NCBI GenBank assembly: GCA_022071945.1
Contig: JAJVIN010000029.1
Span: 390-64,389 of the forward strand
Direction: 5' to 3'
DNA length: 64,000 nucleotides
DNA from: Thermoanaerobaculia bacterium
GTDB taxonomy: Bacteria; Acidobacteriota; Thermoanaerobaculia; UBA5066
The notes under the pieces were generated by a model. That model saw nothing but the letters and a program-made list of their open reading frames with translations, was not told the origin of the DNA and did no database searches. Positions 7,654-15,394 of this stretch are shown here, piece by piece; position 1 is the first letter of the stretch; every line of letters starts with the position of its first letter. Position numbers and translations under genes: made by a program.

Positions 7654-10593
7654 TCAGCCGCGGCTGAAGACTTTGAAGTCCATGTCCTCGTAGGGGAAGA
7701 TGCAGTCAGCGGTCTCCAGCGGCGCGAGGTAGTCGGCATTCACACAGTCCTCGGCGACCTGGCGGAGGAGCTCCTTCGCCCGGTCGAGGTGCGTCACCAT
7801 CTGGACTTCCGAGTACCGCACGGCCTGTCCCGTGGAAATCAAGAAGCCCCAGTCGGAGGCACCCGCGAGGAAGAGAGAGCGTGCGGCCTGATTCAGGGCG
7901 CGGATCTTCAAGTCGTCGCGAGTGTCCCGGTACTGGGTGGCGAGGTCCGACATCCGCTGGCAGAGACGGAAGATGTGCCGGTAGAGCCACGTGTTCGGCT
8001 GGAAGTCGCGGCCCTCGACCCATGTCTGGTAGTAGTCCGACTTCCCCCACGAGCTCGCGCCCGGGACCAGCTTCTGGTGTCCCGGATGCTCGGAGAGGAA
8101 CTCTCCCGGAGTGACGGGCCGGACGACATCCTGGTCGTAGAGCATCTTGCGGAAGACCGTCTCGAGGAAGTACGGGCCCTCTTCCCACCAGTGGCCGAAG
8201 AGCTCGGCGTCGTAAGCCGAGACGATGCACGGCTTTCGGTGGAACTTCTCGAGCATGTGCGTCGCCTGGGCGCCGCGCTCGAAGACGAACTGTCCGGCCT
8301 GGATCTCCGCGGTTTCCTTGGCCCAAGACGGCATGTAGATCGGCTTGTGCCCGAGCCCGGTCCCGGGGTTGCCGATCCGGTGGTACTTGATACCGGAGTT
8401 CCGGCGCACGCCGGCCGTCCTGAAGTACTCAGGCACTTCATCCCAGGGCAGGTCGTAGCCGAGGTCGCGGTACCACTCCTTGTAGTTCGGGCTGCCCGGG
8501 TAACCGTGTTCGCGCGACCAGATCTTGGCCCGGGTCTCCTCGTCGATCCCGAAGAAGGCCACGCCCGAGGGCGAGATCACGGGCCGGGACGTCCCGAAGA
8601 AAGACCGGGTGTCGCCCTCGAGGACTCCCTTGCTGGACAGGAGCGTCCACCGGATTCCCTCGCGGGCCAGCGCCTCGTCCAGACCCGGAGTGAAGGCGTT
8701 CTCGGGCAGCCAGATCCCGCGCGGCCACCGGCCGAAGACTCGCAGGTACTGCCGGCAAGCGGTCTGGATCTGAGCCCTCAGCGTCTCGGGCTGGTGCATG
8801 TAGAGAGGCAGCAGGAAATGAGTGGCCGCGCAGGTGATGACCTCGAGCTTTCCGGCATTCTGGAAGTCCCGGTAGCCGCGCGTCAGGTCTCCCTCGTAGG
8901 CCTCGAAGACCCGCTTGGCGATCCAGAGCTTCTCGAGCGTCTCGTTGAGCGACTCGACTTGCGGCTTGCCCCACGAGCGGTCTCTCTCGCGCGTGGCCAG
9001 CCTTATGCACTCGTCGATGTGTCTCCAGGCCCGGGCTTTCAGATCCGGGTTTTGCATCATCGACAGGAGCGGGGGCGTGAGACTGACCGTCAGGCGGAAG
9101 TCCACCTTGTCCCGCTCGAGCTTCCACATCAAGTGGAGAAGCTGGGTGTAGACCGAGGTGACGGCCTCGAAGAACCACTGCTCCTCGAGCGACACCTCGT
9201 ACTCGGGATGACGGACGAACGGCAGGTGCTGGTGCAGGACGAGCGACCAGTAGCCCTTTTCCTCGGGCGCGGCGTGTGTGCGGCGCTTCCAGTACAGGTA
9301 CTGGTTCCAGCGCCACTGGTCCCCTCCGACCGGGATCTCGACGTTGTTTCCCTCGACGTAGGCGCTCGAGAAGTCCGCGTACTTCTCCGCGTTCTCGGTC
9401 TCCCCCCTCGGGACGAAAACCGCGTTGGAACGGGCGACCATCTCGAAGAAGGTCGTGCCGTGGGCCCGGAATCCGAGCTCCGCGACATAGCTCCGTCCGC
9501 TCTGTGCACGCACCCAGTAGTTGTTCTTGTCGATCAGGAAGTCGTCGACCTCGAAGAAGGAGTTGGCGTTGAACCCGTTGAAGTCGATTCCCGTGACGTC
9601 ATAGACCCTGAGGATGAGGGCGTTGTTCGACAGGAAATCCTGGCCGAACCGGTGGGCGAGGTGAGCGAGCGTCCCCTCGCTCAACTCCCAGATCACGAAG
9701 ACGCTCTTCGGGTCGCAGGGCACCAGGTAGAGATACGTCTCGTTGTACTTCTCCGTCAGGAACGGAAGCTCCTTGAGGATCTCGAGCCTCCGGTCGACTC
9801 CGGGCTCGCCTTCCGGCTCCTGAGTGGCATAGGCATTGGGCCGATCGAGCGGTGCGTGACCGTCGAAGGTCCCCGCCTCCTCCACGGCTGCGGCCTCGGC
9901 CTCGGCCGTGGCCTCGGGTTCCCCGGGCTCGGCAGGCCCGGTCGCGGCGCCGGGAGCGAAGGCTTCCTGGGACGGCTCGGGAACTGCCGCGGCCGCCTCG
10001 ACGACCGCGTCCGTGACAGCCTCCACAACGGCGGCCGGAGCAGCCTCGGCGACATCCGCCGGGGCGGCCTCGGCAACGGCGGCCGGGGCCTCGACCACCG
10101 GCACGGCGGCAGAAGCCTCGGGTGCGGCCTCCGCGGCCGCGGGCGGCTCGGCCTGCGTCGGGACCGCGGAAGCGGGCTTGGGCTTTTCCGCCGCGACGCG
10201 GGTGCTTGCGGGCTTGCGGGGAACGGGGACCGTCTTCTTGCCCGTTACCTTCTTCGGCAAGGCCGACTCGGGAGTGGGGCCGGCCTGGACCGTCACCGGC
10301 GGCTCGGCCACGGCCTTCTGCGGCACTGACTTCCTGACGGTCTTCTTCGGGGCCGTCTTGGCTTCGGGGGCGGCCTCTGCCCGGCTCTCGACGGGGGTCT
10401 GAGGTTCCGGAGCAGGCGTGACCACCGCGGCCTTTTTCGCAGTGGCCTTTTCCGCCGTGGTCTTCTTCGCCGCGGTCTTCGCCGCCGTCACGGCCTGTTC
10501 AGCGGGGGCGGGCCCTGCGACTGGTTTCGGCGCGGGCTTTGGTTCGTTCTGAGCAGCGGGCGCCCCGCCCGTCTTCTTCGTGGTCTTCTTCAT
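7654..10593 (-). CDS. GH57-family 1,4-alpha-glucan branching-enzyme-like protein with DUF4912 region and ~260-aa Ala/Pro-rich N-terminal extension
   Basis: 979 aa. GH57 catalytic core (HQHLPFV, SAYDAELFGHWWEEG) plus DUF1957-like C-terminal region. N-terminus is low-complexity AP-rich. 32 nt upstream of glgP on the same strand, so a likely operon. Confidence 0.75.
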   Translation of the reverse strand: MKKTTKKTGGAPAAQNEPKPAPKPVAGPAPAEQAVTAAKTAAKKTTAEKATAKKAAVVTPAPEPQTPVESRAEAAPEAKTAPKKTVRKSVPQKAVAEPPVTVQAGPTPESALPKKVTGKKTVPVPRKPASTRVAAEKPKPASAVPTQAEPPAAAEAAPEASAAVPVVEAPAAVAEAAPADVAEAAPAAVVEAVTDAVVEAAAAVPEPSQEAFAPGAATGPAEPGEPEATAEAEAAAVEEAGTFDGHAPLDRPNAYATQEPEGEPGVDRRLEILKELPFLTEKYNETYLYLVPCDPKSVFVIWELSEGTLAHLAHRFGQDFLSNNALILRVYDVTGIDFNGFNANSFFEVDDFLIDKNNYWVRAQSGRSYVAELGFRAHGTTFFEMVARSNAVFVPRGETENAEKYADFSSAYVEGNNVEIPVGGDQWRWNQYLYWKRRTHAAPEEKGYWSLVLHQHLPFVRHPEYEVSLEEQWFFEAVTSVYTQLLHLMWKLERDKVDFRLTVSLTPPLLSMMQNPDLKARAWRHIDECIRLATRERDRSWGKPQVESLNETLEKLWIAKRVFEAYEGDLTRGYRDFQNAGKLEVITCAATHFLLPLYMHQPETLRAQIQTACRQYLRVFGRWPRGIWLPENAFTPGLDEALAREGIRWTLLSSKGVLEGDTRSFFGTSRPVISPSGVAFFGIDEETRAKIWSREHGYPGSPNYKEWYRDLGYDLPWDEVPEYFRTAGVRRNSGIKYHRIGNPGTGLGHKPIYMPSWAKETAEIQAGQFVFERGAQATHMLEKFHRKPCIVSAYDAELFGHWWEEGPYFLETVFRKMLYDQDVVRPVTPGEFLSEHPGHQKLVPGASSWGKSDYYQTWVEGRDFQPNTWLYRHIFRLCQRMSDLATQYRDTRDDLKIRALNQAARSLFLAGASDWGFLISTGQAVRYSEVQMVTHLDRAKELLRQVAEDCVNADYLAPLETADCIFPYEDMDFKVFSRG

Positions 10594-10759
10594 GTTTTTC
10601 CAACCATTCGGGACCGTAGTTGAACCTCTCCACGCGAGCGGTCGTCGCCGCGCGGGAGCGGGTTCGAGTCAATCGACGGGTCGCTGACCCGCTTCAAGTC
10701 ACTCCGTTTCTCTCACAGAAGGGGCGAGTAAATCAAATCTCTTACGCCTGACTAACGCC

Positions 10760-11587
10760 TCAGGGACGGACGGAAGCGAGGGCTCGTTGCAGGGCGCTCA
10801 CGAACTGGCCGCAGGATGGGAAGCGGTCCTCGGGACGTTTTTCGAGCACTTTCAGGAGCACATAGTCGACCGACCGGTGGAGCCCAGGCTTGACGAGGGA
10901 CGGGAGTCCGGGTTCCTCGAAAAGCGTCTTGCTCATCACGACGAGAGTGGAGTTCGCCTCGAAGGGGGGCTTGCCCGCGACGAGGTAATAGGCGAGCACA
11001 CCGAGTGAATACTGATCGGAAACGGGACTGACGGCCTCTCCCCGGACCTGTTCCGGGGACATGTAGACAGGCGTTCCCATGACCGTGCCCGCCACGGTCA
11101 TCCCCTCCTGATTGAGAGGCTTGGCCAGTCCGAAGTCCGCCAGCATGACGCGGTCGCCGCGATCGAAGAGTACGTTCGCTGGCTTGACGTCTCTGTGGAT
11201 GACGCCCTGGGAATGGGCGTAGTCGAGGGCGGAGGCGAGGTCTCGAAGCCACCCGATCGCGGTGTCCCAGTCCGAGCCCTTTCGTGCCCGATCTCTCAGG
11301 GTCCCTCCCGTCATCAGCGGCATGACGAGGAAGAGAACGTTTTCGAAATCCCCGAAATCGTAGACGGGAAGGATATTGGGGTGCTCGAGCTGAGCCGTGA
11401 GGGTCGCCTCGCGCAGAAAACGCTTGACGAAGCCGGTGTCGACGATGCCGGAAGGGGCCATGACCTTGAGGGCCACGTGGCGCGAGAGCTTCTCGTCGAT
11501 GGCGTCCCACACCTCGGCCATGCCTCCGGCGCCGACCCTCTGGACCAGGCGGTAGCGGCCTAGGGCGAGTCCGGGCTCGAGGATCAC
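10760..11587 (-). CDS. Ser/Thr protein kinase (kinase domain only)
   Basis: 275 aa. GAGGMAEVW, ALK, HRDVKPAN, DFG, SPE motifs. The overlapping frame 10752..11606 is spurious. Confidence 0.8.
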   Translation of the reverse strand: MILEPGLALGRYRLVQRVGAGGMAEVWDAIDEKLSRHVALKVMAPSGIVDTGFVKRFLREATLTAQLEHPNILPVYDFGDFENVLFLVMPLMTGGTLRDRARKGSDWDTAIGWLRDLASALDYAHSQGVIHRDVKPANVLFDRGDRVMLADFGLAKPLNQEGMTVAGTVMGTPVYMSPEQVRGEAVSPVSDQYSLGVLAYYLVAGKPPFEANSTLVVMSKTLFEEPGLPSLVKPGLHRSVDYVLLKVLEKRPEDRFPSCGQFVSALQRALASVRP

Positions 11588-11777
11588 CGGGAAAAGGCCC
11601 CTTCACTCAGTGCAGGTCCATTTTCGGGGCGCCCTCCGGGGTGCGCGCGGCCGGCATTTCCACCCATCATTCTGAAACAAGAGTATAGGCGCGGCCGGGC
11701 GGGCCGGCGTTCTCTGGCGTGCCCCTTAGAATCCGTTCTGGTGCGCACCCGCCTGGGCACGCCCGAGGAGTCCCCGA

Positions 11778-12899
11778 ATGGTCTGGATGTACACCGGGTT
11801 CATATTCCTAATCCTGATCCTCTTGGCTCTAGACCTAGGGGTCTTCCACAGGAAGGCCCACGTCGTCTCGATCCGGGAGGCATTGCTCTGGTCGGTCTTC
11901 TGGATCACCCTGGGCCTTCTCTTTTCCGTCTTCATCCACTTTGGGTACGACAACCACTGGCTCGGACTCGGCCTGACGACCGACACGATGACGGTTGCCC
12001 CCCAGGAGGTGGCGGGGACCGGTCTCGTCTACAACGACGGATCGTCAGCGACGATCAAGTACATCACCGGCTACGTGGTCGAGAAGTCGCTGGCCGTCGA
12101 CAACATCTTCGTCATCGCGATGATCTTCGCTTTCCTCCGCGTTCCGGCGATCTACCAGCACCGGGTCCTTTTCTGGGGAATCCTGGGCGCGATCCTGATG
12201 AGGGGCGCCGTCATCGCGGCCGGGACGACGCTGATCCGGGAATTCGCGTGGATCCTCTACGTCTTCGGCGCGTTCCTCATCTTCACCGGCATCCGGATGT
12301 TCTTCATCAACGAGGAGGAAGAAGACCCATCGAACAACGTCGCGATCCGGGTGGCGAGGAGGCTCTTCCCGATCACGGAGGACTTTCACGGCTCCCACTT
12401 CTTCCTTCGCGCCGGAAGCGTGAAGTCGGAGGAGCCGGCCTTTCCGGGGGCCCCCGTCAAGACCGACCGGGTCGTGGAGTCGGCGGCGCCCGGAACCCTC
12501 CTGGCAACCCCGCTCTTTCTGGCTCTCGTCGTGGTCGAAGTCTCCGACGTCATCTTCGCCGTCGACTCGATCCCGGCGATCTTCGCCATCACCACCGATC
12601 CGTTCCTCGTTTTCACGAGCAATGTCATGGCGATCCTGGGCCTGCGAAGCCTCTACTTCGCCCTGGCGAGCATGCTCGACCGGTTCCGTTTCCTCAAGGT
12701 CGCCCTGTCCATCGTTCTCGTCATCGTCGGCGTGAAGATGCTGACCCACGTCTGGTTGAAGAAGCTCCTCGGCGAGCATTTCAACTTCTATCTCTTGGGC
12801 ATCGTCCTCGGCATCCTCGCGATGGGCATCGCCGCCTCGCTCGCGATCAAGCCGAAGGCTCCGCCCAGGAACCCGTCGGAGGGAGCCGGAACGCCGTAG
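11778..12899 (+). CDS. TerC family integral membrane protein
   Basis: 373 aa, multi-TM, TerC hallmark blocks (LAVDNIFVIAMIF, FAVDSIPAIFAIT). Confidence 0.85.
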   Translation: MVWMYTGFIFLILILLALDLGVFHRKAHVVSIREALLWSVFWITLGLLFSVFIHFGYDNHWLGLGLTTDTMTVAPQEVAGTGLVYNDGSSATIKYITGYVVEKSLAVDNIFVIAMIFAFLRVPAIYQHRVLFWGILGAILMRGAVIAAGTTLIREFAWILYVFGAFLIFTGIRMFFINEEEEDPSNNVAIRVARRLFPITEDFHGSHFFLRAGSVKSEEPAFPGAPVKTDRVVESAAPGTLLATPLFLALVVVEVSDVIFAVDSIPAIFAITTDPFLVFTSNVMAILGLRSLYFALASMLDRFRFLKVALSIVLVIVGVKMLTHVWLKKLLGEHFNFYLLGIVLGILAMGIAASLAIKPKAPPRNPSEGAGTP

Positions 12900-12900
12900 A

Positions 12901-12942
12901 CGCGCCAGCCGCAGTTGGCGCGCCAGCCGTTGTTGGCGCGCG
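12901..12942. repeat. Two tandem copies of palindromic motif CGCCAGCCG(NN)GTTGGCGCG between convergent genes (REP-like hairpins, probable bidirectional terminator)
   Basis: cgcgccagccgcagttggcgcg followed directly by ccagccgttgttggcgcgcg. Each forms a GCGCCA/TGGCGC stem. Lies between the TerC stop (12899) and norR stop (13023). Confidence 0.5.
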
Positions 12943-13022
12943 GCGCGAAGATGGCCCGCTAACTTCGACGTGAACGGAACTCGCGACGGGGCCGTCCGGA
13001 TAACGGGACGGCTTCACCCGCC

Positions 13023-14600
13023 TCAGCGGCTGATCCCGAGCCTCTTGGCGAGGTGATGCTGGTTCGCCCGGTGCATCCCGAGATCCCTGGCCGCGGCGGC
13101 CCAGTTGCCCCCGTTTTTCGCGACCGCCTGTTCGATCAAGGTTCGCTCGAAGGCATCCACCCGCTCGCGCAAGGGAAGGGTCTCCGCGATTTCCGGCGCC
13201 GCCTCCACCTCTGGCGGACGAGGCAGCGAGGGGGCGACGTCGAGGTGTTCGGGCCCGACGGAAAGTGGCTGGCCGGACGGTTTCCCGGCTGCCGCGCGCA
13301 GGATGGCCCGGCTGATCACGTTCTCGAGTTCCCGGATGTTCCCGGGCCAGTCATTGGCGGAGAGACGAGCCCTGGCTTCCGCGGTCAACCGAATCGGGCC
13401 GAGCCCCAGTCGCCGGCGGGCCCCGTCGGCAAAGTGCGTCGCCAGGATCGGGATGTCCTCCCGTCTCTCGCGCAGGGGCGGCACCCGGATCGGATAGACC
13501 GCGAGCCGGTGATAGAGGTCCGCCCGGAAGCGGCCCCGCTCCACCTCTGACGGCAGGTCGCGGTTCGTCGCCGCGATGACCCGGATGTCGACCTTGTGGT
13601 GCCGGTCAGACCCGACCCGCTGGATCTCGCCCTGCTGCAGGGCCCTCAGGAGTTTGGGCTGCAGGACGAGCGGGAGTTCCCCGATCTCGTCGAGAAAGAG
13701 CGACCCTCCGTCCGCCGTCTCGAACTTGCCCGGCCGTTCCTTGACGGCGCCCGTGAAGGCTCCCGCGACGTGCCCGAACAGCTCACTCTCGGCCACCGAC
13801 TCCGGCAGGGCGGCGCAGTTCACGTGGATGAGCGCCTCCTCGTGCCTCCTCGAGCCCTCGTGGATGTGGCGGGCCACCAGCTCTTTGCCCACGCCGGTCT
13901 CCCCCGTGATCAGAACCGGGAGGTCCGAGCTGGCCACCAGAGCGATCTCGTCGAGGAGCCTCATCACGGCCGGACTGTTACCGAGGATGGCCGAGCCGCC
14001 CGACTCGCCCGCCGTCCGCTGGAGTTCCCGCGCCACCCGGGTGCTCGCCTCCGCTCGGCGCTCGAGCGACTCGATCAGGGTCGATGTCCGCAGCGCCGCC
14101 CCTGCCAGCGCCCCGAGGGTCGCCAGAAGCCTCGGGTCCAGAGCGTCGAAGGCCTCCGGGTCCAGGGAGTCTGCCGTGAGCGCCCCGACCACTTCGTCGC
14201 CAACCGTCAGCCGGCAGCCCAGACAGGCGTGAATCCGCTCGAGGGCGTGGGGATCGACCGTCAGCAGCCCGTCGAAGGGATCGGGCAGGAGCGTGTCCGG
14301 GGGAAACCGGATGGGCGAGGGCGCACTCAGGATCGCGTCGAGCCTCGGATGCCGGCTGCGAGGGTACCGCCTCTCGAGCGCCTCCGGTACCAGCCCGTGC
14401 GCCTCGAGCGGAACCAGTTCCTCTCCCGTCAGCCGCAGGAGGCAGGCCGCGTCGTAGGGGATGATCCGGCGCACCGCGGCCAGGAGCCGCGCATACCGGT
14501 CGTGCGCCGCCAGGGAGGCCGTCAGATCCCGGGCGATCTCGAGCAGGACCTCGAACGCATCCGTTTGTTGTGAAGATGACGACGATGTTGTCGATTCCAC
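13023..14600 (-). CDS. norR: sigma-54-dependent NO-responsive transcriptional activator (GAF-AAA+-Fis HTH), NorR-like
   Basis: 525 aa. GAF N-terminus, sigma-54 interaction domain (GETGVGKE, GAFTGA, ESELFGH), C-terminal HTH. Divergent from ric-norZ, the classic NorR arrangement. Confidence 0.8.
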   Translation of the reverse strand: MESTTSSSSSQQTDAFEVLLEIARDLTASLAAHDRYARLLAAVRRIIPYDAACLLRLTGEELVPLEAHGLVPEALERRYPRSRHPRLDAILSAPSPIRFPPDTLLPDPFDGLLTVDPHALERIHACLGCRLTVGDEVVGALTADSLDPEAFDALDPRLLATLGALAGAALRTSTLIESLERRAEASTRVARELQRTAGESGGSAILGNSPAVMRLLDEIALVASSDLPVLITGETGVGKELVARHIHEGSRRHEEALIHVNCAALPESVAESELFGHVAGAFTGAVKERPGKFETADGGSLFLDEIGELPLVLQPKLLRALQQGEIQRVGSDRHHKVDIRVIAATNRDLPSEVERGRFRADLYHRLAVYPIRVPPLRERREDIPILATHFADGARRRLGLGPIRLTAEARARLSANDWPGNIRELENVISRAILRAAAGKPSGQPLSVGPEHLDVAPSLPRPPEVEAAPEIAETLPLRERVDAFERTLIEQAVAKNGGNWAAAARDLGMHRANQHHLAKRLGISR

Positions 14601-14666
14601 GACAGCTCCTGTTGTCGATTTCCTAACACAGGAATGTAACTCACTGATTCAGATTGACTTCTTACG

Positions 14667-14681
14667 TGGCATCAGCCGTGC
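14667..14681 (+). promoter_or_regulatory. sigma-54 (-24/-12) promoter TGGCAT-N5-CGTGC upstream of ric
   Basis: tggcatcagccgtgc matches TGGCAC-N5-TTGC, with GG at 14668-9 and GC at 14680-1 at correct spacing. About 22 nt upstream of the ric ATG (14704). GGAGG at 14695-99. Confidence 0.5.
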
Positions 14682-14703
14682 GAGGTGGGGATTGGAGGCC
14701 AGC

Positions 14704-15375
14704 ATGGAAACCTCGATCACACCGAACGCCACCCTCGCCGAACTCGCGGTCAGCCACGCGGCGGCTTCACGAGTCTTCCGCAACCACGGACTCGACTACT
14801 GCTGCCACGGCGGACGGCCGGTCTCGGTGGCCTGCGCGGAGCGAGGCCTCGACCCCGAGAAGGTCCTCGCCGAGATCGTCGCGGAGGGTGGGAACCAGTC
14901 CCCGGCGGAGCAGGGAACCGACCAGCCGCTCCCGGAGGTCATCTCCCGGCTCCTCGAGTGGTACCACCCTCGCCTTCGGGAGGAACTCCCGCTCCTCATC
15001 GAGCTGGCGAGAAAGGTCGAAGGACGTCACGCCGAGAAGACCACGTGCCCGCGCGGCCTGACCTCCCACCTGCAGGGGCTCACGGCTGAGCTGCTCGACC
15101 ACCTCGAGAAGGAGGAGACGACTCTCTTCCCGATGATCCTCTCCGGCCGTGGGAACCACGCGGCGGCCACGGTTCAGGCCCTCGAGCGCGAGCACCTCGA
15201 CGTCGCGACGGGACTCACCCGCACCCGGACCCTGACGGACAACTTCCAGCCCCCGGAAGAGGCGTGCCCGACGTGGCGCGCGCTCTACCTGCGGCTCGAC
15301 GCCTTCGAAGCAGAACTCATGGAGCACGTCCACCTCGAGAACCACATCCTCTTCCGCCGCGCGCTGTGCGCCTGA
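14704..15375 (+). CDS. ric: iron-sulfur cluster repair di-iron protein (RIC / YtfE / ScdA family)
   Basis: ATG at 14704 (METSITPNATLAELAV...). Hemerythrin-like His/Glu motifs (HGLDYCCHG, HHPRLREE, EHVHLENHILF). The longer ORF 14461.. overlaps norR and is spurious upstream of this ATG. Confidence 0.8.
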   Translation: METSITPNATLAELAVSHAAASRVFRNHGLDYCCHGGRPVSVACAERGLDPEKVLAEIVAEGGNQSPAEQGTDQPLPEVISRLLEWYHPRLREELPLLIELARKVEGRHAEKTTCPRGLTSHLQGLTAELLDHLEKEETTLFPMILSGRGNHAAATVQALEREHLDVATGLTRTRTLTDNFQPPEEACPTWRALYLRLDAFEAELMEHVHLENHILFRRALCA

Positions 15376-15394
15376 GACGAAAAGGAAAGGAACC

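Noticed and set aside
7645-10329. Long antisense ORFs, including 7645..10329 +, 5066..6217 +, 6470..7693 +, 15695..17542 -, 35072..37474 +, 39277..42237 +, 42304..43935 +, 43978..46722 +, 46736..48187 +, 48434..49906 +, 53710..55404 +, 55605..57293 -, 59400..61118 +
   Set aside because: All lie opposite genes with strong domain-level support. They are Arg/Gly/Pro/Asp-rich, as expected for stop-codon-poor antisense frames in ~68% GC DNA, and have no recognisable motifs.
11588-11777. Looked for a yybP-ykoY (Mn2+) riboswitch in the TerC leader
   Set aside because: TerC/Alx genes often carry this riboswitch, but the conserved GGAGAGUAG / UUGGCA...GACAUAC blocks could not be found in the leader by eye. 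Only a weak gagtatagg resemblance is present. It would need a cmsearch with RF00080 to settle.
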